DNA of 62,594 nt, counting the filler, from Rhabdomonas costata (lineage: Eukaryota): the NCBI GenBank assembly GCA_019059605.1. It is 33 parts of 33 records of this genome, joined end to end, with 100 filler letters (N's around TTAATTAATTAA, not from the genome) between each part and the next. Parts side by side here need not be neighbours in the genome. Positions count along the whole stretch, not along the records: positions 11,409 to 13,208 come from JAHMHO010008853.1; positions 13,309 to 15,108 come from JAHMHO010008854.1; positions 15,209 to 16,998 come from JAHMHO010008855.1; positions 17,099 to 18,900 come from JAHMHO010008856.1; positions 19,001 to 20,800 come from JAHMHO010008857.1; positions 20,901 to 22,699 come from JAHMHO010008858.1; positions 22,800 to 24,599 come from JAHMHO010008859.1; 26 more parts are not named here. The stretch is one strand, 5' to 3'. The position numbers and the translations under genes are program-made. Under the pieces are notes generated by a model. That model was not told the DNA's origin and ran no database searches. It saw nothing but the letters and a program-made list of their open reading frames with translations. This document shows, in pieces, positions 11,768 to 23,206 of the stretch (positions within the stretch are counted from its first letter, which is position 1; the number at the start of each line of letters is the position of its first letter).

Positions 11768-12984
11768 CTCGTCATCCGTCTCGGCACCCATGGGGGTCAT
11801 CGGCAACGTGGGGTCCCACACTGCCTTCCCTCCGGCAGCGTCACCTAAAAGAGACAGTCAGGTGTGCCCGTCAGCAGCTACGACACCCCTGTGCACCACA
11901 CGCAGCGGGTCTCACCATTGCGAATCCAAACAAAAAAGAGAGCGTTGACAGGAAAAATGGGAAAGCATCATAAAGAAAAAGCCCAAAGTTGGATGAACTC
12001 ACAGGAAAGATATCCGGTTTCAGCACGCTGCGCAGCACAAAGCCGCCTAAAAGAAAAAAGAAAAGAAAAAACCACGATGAGTTCCGCACCGCACGCACGA
12101 TGCATGTGCGAGGGATGACGTATGCAGTGCAGCTGAAAGAAACGCGATGCGGCGAATGTATCAGCATACAAGCCCACGCCCACCACCGTCAACGACTTAA
12201 AACATACACCCGAGGCAACCACACACACTGAGAGGTCACAGTCAGTTTTGCGACAGGTGCGCAGGTACACACAAACCATGGCCGTCCAGCTCCAATCGGA
12301 ATGCCTGCACAGCAACCCTCATCTGCGCAGCGTGGCTTCGGGACGGCCGCAGCACCCGCCGAAACACGGGCACCTCAGACACGGGGACGTGCTTCCACGG
12401 AGGGACCTGTGTGTTCAGCGAAGGAAATGGGACGCCTCACGCACCCACAGCCAGCTGAGTTATGCAACATTCCAAAGTGTGAAGCAGCGGGACAAGAGAG
12501 CCCCGCCTCCTCACAGTGCACAGCGAAGTTGCTCAGAGCAGGTGTGTGCTCCACGTCGCGGGGCCGGTGTACGCTGGGTGGCGCGGGCTGCTGTCTACGG
12601 GTGATGGATCCATGCCAACAGAACATTCACAGGGGAAAGTGAGATGGAGAATGTGCGGGGGGTGGGGCGCAGAATTCCAGGGCAAGGCGTGGGTGTTTGC
12701 AAATTTGTCCCCGGGAAGTTGAATAGGGGGGATCACTCCAAATTCTTTTCCAATGTGGACGGGGTTGCGAAGGAAGGTTCTTTTTTCTTTTTCTCGTTTT
12801 TTGGAGGGGAGTCGCCTCGCCCGGGGATGGAGCAAGGAGAGGAAGGGCATCGGGAGGGAGTTGGAAACACCAGAATGGCTTCCCCGAGGTCCAGGGAGAC
12901 CTCTGCGACCTTCACGCGGCAGCCCTTGTGCTGGGGGTGGGTCTCCTCGACCCCGAGCCCGAGCAGCCGCCGTGAGGGCGTCCC
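11768..12984 (-). CDS. Hypothetical protein, three internal exons (12984-12901, 12406-12277, 11844-11768)
   Basis: GC-rich segments bounded by AG/GT with consistent phases 0/1 and no stops. No family recognised. Confidence 0.35.
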
Positions 12985-13308
12985 CTTAGCGTCAAATTTC
13001 ATCCAAGCTGTGTGGCGGTGCGAGAGAGGAACCGTCTGTAAAGGAAATGCTACAACCATCGCTTGCCAGGGAATGATGTGATCGCGGACCACCGAGTTCA
13101 GACAGGAGATTCCAACGAAGGAAGCGAAGGAAAAATTTTGTCAGAGACCCCACCACCACAACTATTCAGCGGGCCGTAGCCCAGTGGCACTTCCCCTCAC
13201 ACACACCCNNNNNNNNNNNNNNNNNNNNNNNNNNNNNNNNNNNNNNNNNNNNTTAATTAATTAANNNNNNNNNNNNNNNNNNNNNNNNNNNNNNNNNNNN
13301 NNNNNNNN

Positions 13309-13622
13309 TCCTCCGTGAACGTCCCCAGCATCGCGGCCAGGGGAATCAGAGACATGAACGACAGCCCGAACACCGTGGTGGGGGAGGCCTCCATCGCCAC
13401 CGCCACCACGGCTAGGGGCACGGCCAGCAGGAGAATGTTGAGGAAGCTTTCTGAGACTACCTTCCACAAGTCGCTGGTCAGGCCCTCGGAGGTCGGACGG
13501 CGAGGGCTCGCATGGGGCGCAAAAGGGACCGCCAGCCCACTCCCCGAAACCGACTTGAAGAGAATGGCATGAGGGGTGCCGACGCCCGACCGGCGGGCCT
13601 CCGGGGAAGAGGGGAGTTCCAT
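13309..13622 (-). CDS. Ca2+/H+ exchanger (CAX family), N-terminus, truncated by contig end
   Basis: SFLNILLLAVPLAVVAV...TVFGLSFMSLIPLAAMLGTFTE matches CAX TM1-TM2 (LNxLLxxxP...IPLAxxLGxxTE). Confidence 0.85.
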
Positions 13623-16006
13623 TCTTTCTTGTTGTGCTTTCGGCTCACCAACCGATGTCAAGAAAACCAAGAAAAGCAAAGGAAGATCGGAAAAACACTC
13701 TGAAATATTTGAAAGCGACACACAGCTACAGACACACAGAGGAACACTGGTCGTGAGGCACAAAGGAAGCGGACGCAGCCGACACCATGTAGCAGTAGAC
13801 GGCCGCTTCTCCTGCAGCTTAGAAACAACCAACACAAGGTCACCGCCGTCATCACCACCACCCTTGCTACCATCACCATAGACACCTGGTACGCAACAAA
13901 AGGGTCATATACACAAACTGGAGCAAACCCCAGACTCGAGAGGCAGAGGAAATGGTGGACTAACCACCAAAAAACAAAGTCATCACCCCAGCGCCGATCC
14001 ATCACAGAGAGAAGCACCATTCTTGTAAAAACACAACCCCCTCTCGTCCCGAAGTGGAACCGAGAGGTATACTTAAAGGCCTTGGACTTGGGAGTTCGCC
14101 CACTGAAAAATTTCGGGGTCATGCCTTTGTCTGAACAATGAAAATTGCCAAAATCACCTGCCGCGCGACAATCGTCACTGGTTATCCCAAATCCGCGATC
14201 CCAAATGGTGCTGCACAGAGGCACCTCAGCATTTCTCAAAGGGACAAAAGTCGCACGAAAGAAGTGGAGGTGTGGCTGGAAAGCGAGACGACTGGACGGA
14301 CACCAACCAAAAAACGTACAGGCACAGATCGCAACAAGACGAGTGGATGGAAAAGAGCTGTCCTCGCTCATCGGTGGTGACAGTCCTTTCCAAGTGAGCC
14401 GACTCGCTGGAAGAAACAAAGCAAGGTCATAAAAACTATTGTGCCTCGGTGCTTGGGGGAATGTGAATGGGAAAGCACACGCACACACACGCACAGACAT
14501 GGCTCTCTTTATAAGCCGCAAATACACACACACACACACACACTCCTGCTTGATAAGCGCGGAAAGCTCCACTCGGACAGCTCCACTGAGGGGGCCACAC
14601 CGAAGGAAGCTAGTCCAGCCACCCCGAATGAACCTACAGGCCAGCACGTACGGTTCTCCCCTTTTTAACCAATGCTTCCGCATTTCGCATACCATACAGA
14701 CGGCACCAGTTCCGAGTGGAGCGCGGCACCCTGTGCGACAACCGTTCTTTTCCTCATTAAACATATTTGCCAGGTGACATACTCAGCGGTCTGTTCAGGT
14801 CTCAACTGAACCAGAGTCTAACCTCGGAACTCGTGTTGTGGTGACGGGTTGGGTCTAAGCGACCAGGCACACCACACACAGGTGTGTATATCGGTGTATT
14901 AGCACCGAATCTGCTTTGTGAGGTGTACTATGCGGTGTGGCATGTGCATCCCCAATGTGTGCATGGGAGTTTACTCAAATAAGGCAGCGTCCTCCGCTGA
15001 CCTCCCGCTGCATCATCTATTCATGGGGCCGGGGCCGTGTGAGCACACCCTTGTGCGACGATTTGCACGATTGTAAGCGTTTGCGGGCAACCCCCCAGGA
15101 AGAGGGACNNNNNNNNNNNNNNNNNNNNNNNNNNNNNNNNNNNNNNNNNNNNTTAATTAATTAANNNNNNNNNNNNNNNNNNNNNNNNNNNNNNNNNNNN
15201 NNNNNNNNGTGTTGGTGTGTTTGGGTTTGGGTGGACGAATGGGAATTTTGTTTTTGCTTTCTGTTTTTTTTTTCATCCAGTGAGATGCGGCGCCTGAAGA
15301 CAAGGACACCCACCTGTATATACGGCATCCCGTACGGTTGCAACTGCAGCAGAAGCATCAACACCTTTCGCAAAGATCACCCACCCACCTTGAGGGCAAC
15401 TAAAGTTAGAACGAAGATACTCCGCCCCAAATGACCTTAAAAGTGTGTTGGAATTTTGCGACGATTTATTCGATGTCACAGAAGTCAAGAAGACTACACT
15501 AGTATGGCCTGGGTGGACGGCTGAGGAAACGCTGTCTGTGTACTCCTCCAATTCCCACTACAAACTTTCGCTAATGCAAAAAAATAGTTGGCAAGCGTAT
15601 TGAAATGACATGAGCGGAGCTATTTTGTATGTACGGTTTGGCAGCCATCATAAGGAAGCTCATTGAGTCTTGCGCCAACGTTGCAACGGTGGACCCGGAG
15701 AGGCAAGGATATCGGATAACAGCATCTGCGCTGGTGGTGCGCTGGGATAGGATGAGATTAGGTCATTTGTAGGTGCGGATAGCTCAGCGGGGTTTTTATG
15801 CATATAACAAGCTTCCCGAAACGGTCTGTGGCCAGTCCTTGGGGGTGAAGGTGCTCGGTCAATTTGTCCGCCCATACCGAAGCCCATACAGAAAAGTGCC
15901 ATCAAATCACGCATGGCTGAAACGTGTAGTGATAAATAAAAAAAATTGAGTCTTTTGTTTGTTCATTCTTTGAGTTTCCACTCTCTACTGTCTCCGCTTA
16001 ACTGAG

Positions 16007-16238
16007 AGATGGACCTATGGCACAGTTCAGCAAGCCCGCCCACCCCCACCCCCTCTTAGGAGTGACGGCAGACCACTCCCCTGAGGTTCGTCTGCGGTGC
16101 CTTCATGTTGGGATGCAGCAGGTGCTCACCAAGCCTGTTACGCGGGCCACCCTGCACGCCTCCCTCTTGGGCCTCCTGGGGCTCTCCCCGCAGCCAGTGG
16201 ACTGTCCCTCCCATGACACCGGGGATTCACCCCCGTGA
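16007..16238 (+). CDS. Response-regulator receiver domain, terminal exon (hybrid histidine kinase-like)
   Basis: PLLGVTADHSPEVRLRCLHVGMQQVLTKPV matches the receiver PIxxxTA...CLxxGMxxxxxKP motif, followed by a stop. Start is approximate. Confidence 0.75.
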
Positions 16239-17399
16239 ACGCTAGCTACCCCCGTGGAGTTTTTCGGGTTGGGGTGTTGGTACACAACCAGTAGGGAGGT
16301 TCCCGCCGTCCACGTTAGTGATGGAGGGGCCTTCGATTTTTGATGACGAGGTGTTGTACATTGCATCTGTACGATGGCTTGAATTCTGGTTTAGTCAACT
16401 CAGCATATAAATAGCTTTGGATAAGCTTCTGCCGTGGTGTGTGTGGGTGTGGAGCTGTGGGGGTACGTGTGTGTGCACGCGTTTGTTCCAATACGAAGCG
16501 TTCAGAAATAGCATATGTAGGCAACAAAGTAAGGAATGCGTGCATTCGGTATTTTTGGTTTCTGGAGAGAGCTGGCCTGTTGGAAGTACAGGCAGGTGGT
16601 GGTTTTGCCCCCTGCTTTTGCCTTTTTTTTTGAACGTTTTTTGTGGTTCTAGTTTCTATCTGTCCAATTTTCCACCATTGTGTGGGTTTGGGTGCGTGTG
16701 TGTGTGTGTGTGTGCGTGTGCGTCTGTTTTTCAAACACCATTGGTCCTTGAAAACTGTTGTGTGCGTGCATGTGTGGGAGGTCCGCTTCTGCCTGTGTCG
16801 TACCTTGGTTTCTGTGGTCCGTGCATCCTTTTCCTAGGAGCTTGTCTCCACTGATGTGGCGGGCTTCACACAATCGCACTTCATCCACCAGTCACACCAA
16901 TCCTTCCTCACCTCTCCCAAGACACACACACACACACACACACTGATACACAGATTCACTCCCTCCCTCCCTCCCTCATTCATTAACTACACAACACCNN
17001 NNNNNNNNNNNNNNNNNNNNNNNNNNNNNNNNNNNNNNNNNNTTAATTAATTAANNNNNNNNNNNNNNNNNNNNNNNNNNNNNNNNNNNNNNNNNNNNTT
17101 GTTGTTGGAGGGAGTGTGAGGATTTGTGTGAGGATGCAAGGGTGTTATCATGGCTGCTGATGTTCCTGTTTCTACGCGTATGTTGAATGGCTGGTGGTGT
17201 CAGAGGATGTCAGGATGGGGTGTAGGATGTGTGTTTCTGTCTCAAGGGCTGTATCCTGGTGTGTATTCTGTGTGTGTGTGTGTGTGTGTGTGTATTCCTG
17301 ACGGCTGTATTCTGGTTGCATGTTGGATGTTGGATGTTGGGGTGTTGAGGGGGTTAAAGGGTGTAAGGTGAGGTGAAGGAAGGGTGAAGGTTGATGTGT

Positions 17400-17790
17400 G
17401 TATTCCTACCAGCTTTCATGCTCTTGAGGGATTCCTCTTCTACTCCGCTTCGCTGCTGCGTGACCTTGAGGGGTTTATGCTCTACTCCGGTCATGCCTCG
17501 TACCTTTTTGCCTCCTACTACGCGATGCCCTTACGACCATCGCTACGTACCCTTCACCTTAACCTGTATTGGTGGTTCCTGCACGGCTACGCCAGGACGG
17601 AGCATGACCGTAAGCACCTTATGGTGGTGTAGGACATGCGTAGTGACACGTATAGAAGAAGATGTCTTGATACCCCATGCCTCCCTCACTGCGTTCGTGA
17701 ACCATGGGTCCCCTTAACGCTTCGTCGCTACGCTCCTCGCTTAGTTTACCAGGTCGTCACTCGCTACGCTCGTTCCTCCTTCTTTACTCT
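17400..17790 (+). repeat. Dispersed repeat family member (homologous to segments of contig 34200-35998)
   Basis: 17739-17780 matches 34678-34719 at 35/42 nt. CATGACCGTAAGCA is exact at 17603-17616 and 35491-35504. TCGCTACGCTC recurs. Confidence 0.6.
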
Positions 17791-18373
17791 GTCGTCGTCG
17801 CTAACCCCCCCCCCCCAACGTTTTGCGTTGCGGGAGCGGATAAGACCGTCCTCGACGGGTTCCCTCCCTTCTCAAAAGCAAACTGGCCGGAGGCTCGCGC
17901 TCTACAGGCTACTACCCCACACACCAAACCCAATCTCCTTGGTGTAATTTAATGGGCTTGCTCCGCGAGGAGATGAAAAAAGATATAAAAAAGCGACCCG
18001 TTGGAGACACCCTTTGATTCAGAATGCCACGCGAGGCGGGAACTGGCAGAAACTGCGGGTGTCAGGAGAGTTGTGAGAGTGGAAACGAAGTCTTTGAAAA
18101 GAGTTGGGAAGAAGAGCAATGAGGGCAAATCAGTAACAATGGTCGTTGATTTTTTTCACACGGACGATCCAATGAAAAGAATCACGTTGATGGATAAACA
18201 AAAAATCAAACAAGTCGTGGAGGTAGGTGAAAGTGAAAGAAATGAGGCAGTGTGGTGGCGGGCAGGGCCGATTCAAAACTAGGAAAACACTGTAGACGTG
18301 CGGTAAACGCTTACCTTTCTGCGAGGTTGGGTTTGACATACTTCTAGTTGGCGCTTTCGAACACCTGGCTACT

Positions 18374-18592
18374 ATGGTGAAAAGAATTGGGAAGTACGAA
18401 CTTGGGAAAACACTTGGAAAGGGAACCTTTTCCAAAGTAAAATACGCCGTTAATGTGGAGACGAATCAGGCTTATGCCATCAAGATCATTGATAAGGCTC
18501 AGCTGGCAAAGGAGCACATGGAGGATCAGCTCAAGAGAGAAATTGCCATCATGAAGCACTTAAAGCACGACAACATCGTTCGAATGATTGAG
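18374..18592 (+). CDS. CIPK/SNF1-related (CAMK group) Ser/Thr kinase, first exon
   Basis: MVKRIGKYELGKTLGKGTFSKVKYA...AIKIIDK...MEDQLKREIAIMKHLKHDNIV contains the Gly loop, AIK lysine and alphaC Glu. Donor AG|GTGTTT after 18592. Confidence 0.92.
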
Positions 18593-19748
18593 GTGTTTGA
18601 TTGTTTGTTTTTGGTGTCCCCTCCTTTTAGTCTCTCTCTTTCCTGAATGAATCCTCACCCTCAGCTCACGAGTGACACTTGAGTGCGCTTGATTCCAATT
18701 CATCATCAGAAATGGGGATGGGACACTTACTTCGGCCCAATACCTCGCCCTATTCGCTGGGTGACCCTTTGGGCCCTTTGGGGGCCTCTAGCTTTTCCCT
18801 TCCCTTCACACAGGCTTGCAAGGGCCCTTTTTGGCCCTTTGCAGGCCTGCATAATGATAAGAGAAAGAACCGTAAGTTAACACACCGTCCACCCACCACA
18901 NNNNNNNNNNNNNNNNNNNNNNNNNNNNNNNNNNNNNNNNNNNNTTAATTAATTAANNNNNNNNNNNNNNNNNNNNNNNNNNNNNNNNNNNNNNNNNNNN
19001 GTGGGGGGGTTCCTGAAAATGGCTTGGTGTACCTTGCACTTCAGAGTGAGAGATGGACAAGTTGAAGCAGCTTTTTCACAAGTGGCGGTCGGCGGAGTTG
19101 GGTCGCGTACGCAATCTTGAAAACACCAAGGCCGCCAGTGAGCTTTTTCGGGCAACATTTTCAACTCGCTTCCGACCCGAAAGAAAGGGCTAGGTATGTA
19201 TGGTTGGTATGGACCAAGCTGGTGGTGGCATCAGCCTTCGCACAGATAATGGGGTCGGCGTTGCATAAGTTGATACTTTAATCCACTTTTTGTCTTTTTT
19301 ATTTTTGCTTTTTTTATATTAGCGAACCCGACCTGCCGTTCCGGTGGCAACTTTTCATGCCCTGCGGGTTTCTCTGCCAGCAGTGCAGTCTTGTGCGCCT
19401 CGCTTTCCTGCAGCCAAGCCGAATGCTGCAGTGCCGGTACGCCCTCTTGATTGTTCCAGAAAAATGGGTTGCTATTGTGGTCATCGGCACCGACAGATGG
19501 CGTGATCATCAGCCCATCATCGGCCCATCATCGTAAGCGCTGAAAAGCAAATCCATCGTTGGGCACCGACTTCGGTCGCATGTGCACATTGCTCGCCTAC
19601 CACAGACTTCTCATCACGAACCTTTGCAGCAAGATAGTGGTGCATGAAGGTGCATGAAGGTCGGTGGTAATGGTGGTGGCAGCATTGGCCGTTTTGATAG
19701 CGAAATGAACACTTCGGAACCGTTCTCTTCCTTTTTTTCAAACCCCAG

Positions 19749-20281
19749 TGAGCTCGAGCGGGGGGCTTTTCTGGTGGGTCTACATCACCATCATCCCGGG
19801 CACCCCTTATCTGCTGTGGCACTTGATTGTCACCGCGCTGGGCGTTGCATGCGTTGCTGTGTGCCTGTGTTGTTGCTGCTGCCGCTGCTGCCGCGGATGG
19901 TTCTTCCGCATCTGCTGCGAAGGCTGTAAATGTGGCCGAGTCCACCCGGGCCCAGCACCGGGTTTTTGCGTAAGAGTCTCTCTCATTCCTCTCTGCAGTC
20001 TCTCCACTCTTTGGTCTTCCTCATTCCTCCGTTTCTCGTTTTGGAGGCTTTCTCACGTCTTATGCCTTTCAGAGAAGACCTGGTGTCTGCATTGTTGCCT
20101 GCTTGTTGTGCACTGAAGGAATCTGCTCATTTCTTCTTGTTCTCAGCGAGGGCTCAAACAGTTGGAATGCCTTTTGGGCGGGGTTTTGGATTGACACCTA
20201 TGTTCATTTTAGTCAATTTGGGCTGTTTTTCAGCTCCTTCGCCGCCGGATCCTCCTCCTCAACAACCCGAGCCCAAGCCCG
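19749..20281 (+). CDS. Single-pass membrane protein with juxtamembrane cysteine string; two exons (approximate)
   Basis: LLWHLIVTALGVACVAVCLCCCCCRCCRGW (TM plus Cys string), then a Pro-rich exon PSPPDPPPQQPEPKP after tttcag. The donor position is ambiguous. Confidence 0.5.
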
Positions 20282-21054
20282 GTGTGCCGCTTCGCAGGAA
20301 AATCGCGCATGCAAGTCGTGGTGGTTGTGCCCCATCTGCCCGAACACGGAAACCTTTGTTTGCATTGCTTGGCTGTGATAAACTGTAGCTTGATGGCAGT
20401 GTTGTGCGGTGCTGTACCTCTGTGGTGAGGTCCCGTTTTTTTTTTCGAAACATAGACAGGTGACAGGGGCACTGGCTGTGATGTGAGCTGCCCCAATTTT
20501 TTTGCTATGCAATTTCTATCTTCTTTTTGCTTTGGGTGTGGAAAGTCGTCGTTTCCGTTCCATGTGTATTTACAGTTGCAGAGCCAAAACCAGCACCGGT
20601 GGTCCATCGGAAGCTTCGAATCCCGCCTTCCCGACCCGCAGGTATGGAATCATCTATTCCATGCTATTGCGTCTGATGCCTCATTCCATCTCCCCTTAAT
20701 TGTAATTTTCGGCCAATTAGGGTTGGTGGCAGGGAGATGAGGTCTTGCGCGACCCCTGGGTGGTAGTGGTTTTTGTCATTGTTTTGTTACCCCACCCCCC
20801 NNNNNNNNNNNNNNNNNNNNNNNNNNNNNNNNNNNNNNNNNNNNTTAATTAATTAANNNNNNNNNNNNNNNNNNNNNNNNNNNNNNNNNNNNNNNNNNNN
20901 TTTTTGGGGGAGCACATGAACATTTTTGAGTCTCTTTTCAAGCCATTTTTATGGAGTGGAATGGAGTTTAATGGAATGGACATTTGAACATTTCACCTGA
21001 CGTGCTTCCACTATCCAACCGCGAAACGGCCTCTGGATGTTTTTTTGCCTGAAG

Positions 21055-22478
21055 GTGGCTGTGTTCCTTCGGGAGTTGCTACTTCCCTGCGAGCCCAGCA
21101 ATGCCCGCGTTGCGGTCAGCCTGGAGCGCAGCCCCCTGCTCGTGATGGCCATCCTCGGGATTGTGAAGAGTGGGGCGGCGTACGTCCCGATCGACCCGAG
21201 CTACCCCAAGGAGCGGGTGCAGTTCATGCTGTCGGACTGCCAGGCCGCGGTCGTGCTGGTGCAGCGCAGCACTCAGGCACCAATGGAGGCCTGCGTGGGA
21301 TCCCAGGACACCCGCTTGCTTTGCCTAGACGAAGAGTGGGACAAGGTTTCCCTCCCCTCGCTGACTTTGCCTTTTGCATGGGCTTTCCATGGTTGTGGTG
21401 CAGTTGGCGGGTGCTATTGCTCAACCACCTTTTCGGACGTTTAACTTCATTCACATGGCCTTTGTCTTGCGATTGTATGTGAACCAGATCACTGCCTTCT
21501 TTTACAAAAGCGGTTTTATGAGCCTGTGTGCTTGAAAAATCTAATGCAGGCTTCCGAACACTACTTGCGGAGGCTGCGGTCAATATGCTTCTGGCTGAAA
21601 GATCATAGCAGCAAGGCGAGGTAGTGGTGGGATAAGGACTCAGTGCTGGTGACACGCAGGACCGCCAAAAGACACGAATAAACACGAGGAAGAGGAAAGC
21701 AGGAGAAAAGGTTGACAAAAGTTGACTTGAGAGGTCCCCCCCCCCAGGACACTAGCAGGTTCGTCAGAATTCGTGCAACTATATTCAAAGACAGGAAAAC
21801 GCGGGCCAACAAACCCGCGGCCCGAGGCCCAAGGCCGCGGTGCACTGTGGGGTATGGGTGGGACAAGTCTTTGTAACGGAGTGAAAATAACGTACTGCAC
21901 AGCAAAACCGGGTGCCCATCCATGGTAGTTGCATAGTACAGGGACTACCCACCTCAGTCAGCAACGCGTGTGGAACTTCAGCGAGGACCGAACCAAAATG
22001 GTCACGCCAACGTTCAAAATGAAAATATATTTCGCTTTGTACGTAAGCAAAAGGAAACTACAACAAGAAACACGAGGACAACAAAGTCAAGTGCATGGGG
22101 ATAGGCATGTGAAGAGAGCGTGTGAAACTGCCCCTGTTTTCATTTTTTGGACGCCCCTCCCCCGCGCTCCAGGTGCTGGAGTGCAGTGAGACCCTCCCGT
22201 TGATTCCCTCCTCTGCGGAGTCGCTGTTCTACGTGATCTACACCTCGGGCTCCACAGGGCGCCCCAAGGGGGTGGCCCTGCCGCACCGTGCCCTCACCAA
22301 CTTGGTGCGGTGGCAGCTCGATGAGCTCCGGGACGGCGTGGAGGGCTCCCGCCGCCCCCCGACCACGGTGCAGTTCCAGCCTGTTATCTTCGACGTGCAC
22401 GCCCAGGAGATCTTCGGGACGCTCTGCGAAGGGGGCACCCTGGTGCTGATGCCCGAGGAGCTGCGGTGGGATCCTGTG
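21055..22478 (+). CDS. NRPS adenylation domain, two exons (21055-21345, 22173-22478)
   Basis: Core motifs A2 ([20 protein letters not shown]), A3 ([15 protein letters not shown]) and A4 (FDV) are present. An 827-nt phase-0 GT-AG intron lies between the exons. Confidence 0.93.
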
Positions 22479-22906
22479 GTGCGCTGCAGTGGGCGGGACT
22501 GTTTTCCAGTGACCATGAGAAATAGTAGAAGGTTTTCTCGAAGCCCCAGCATCCTATGTACCGTGCGTTTGTTCCCAAAGAGAGGTGCACGTGTGCGATA
22601 TGTTTTTTGGTATCGCTGGGCCCCCTTACAGTGAAGACTCGCGTGTTTCTGACGAGGAAGAGAGAGAGAGAGAGAGAGGGGGCCCAGCGACACCAAAAAN
22701 NNNNNNNNNNNNNNNNNNNNNNNNNNNNNNNNNNNNNNNNNNNTTAATTAATTAANNNNNNNNNNNNNNNNNNNNNNNNNNNNNNNNNNNNNNNNNNNNG
22801 TGGTGTGGTTCTGACTTGTTGTGAGCTTGGTTATCAACGAAATGTAGTTCCTTCCGGCGGAAACTAACTGCGGGAGTGAGGATGAACCTGCCGTCCTTGC
22901 TCGCAG

Positions 22907-23206
22907 GTTTTAGAAGAGGTGTCCTCGCCTGGGCTGGGTGGTGTCCTGGACGGCGGCGGAGGTGGACCGGGGGGTGGCTTTCTTAAGCTCAAGGTGAGGA
23001 AGGCCAAGCGAACCCGAGCCCCTGCGGCGGACTCTGAGGATGGCAGGCCTGCCAAGACGGTGGCCACCGCAGCCGGGCCGAAGGGATCCGTGAAAGCAGT
23101 GCCACAGCTCGGCGGTAAAGCCCCGGTAACCGCAACGAAGCCCTCGGGCAGCACTGCTAATCCCTTTGGGCTGTCTTACGACAGTGGCGGGAGTGACAAT
23201 GGATAG
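22907..23206 (+). CDS. Terminal exon of a low-complexity basic protein
   Basis: cag| acceptor and open frame ending PFGLSYDSGGSDNG*. Similar GLxYxSxxD tails occur in several nuclear/splicing factors; no specific assignment. Confidence 0.45.
   Translation, partial: VLEEVSSPGLGGVLDGGGGGPGGGFLKLKVRKAKRTRAPAADSEDGRPAKTVATAAGPKGSVKAVPQLGGKAPVTATKPSGSTANPFGLSYDSGGSDNG

Noticed and set aside
13169-13190. tRNA-like 5' end GCGGGCCGTAGCCCAGTGG (A-box)
   Set aside because: No D-stem closure, anticodon arm or T-arm follows before the contig end.
13658-14764. 368-aa minus-strand ORF
   Set aside because: It crosses microsatellites, is Cys/Phe/Val-rich like translated non-coding DNA, and has no motif.
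20600-20635. TTCGAATCCC T-loop-like motif
   Set aside because: No T-stem pairing or cloverleaf around it.
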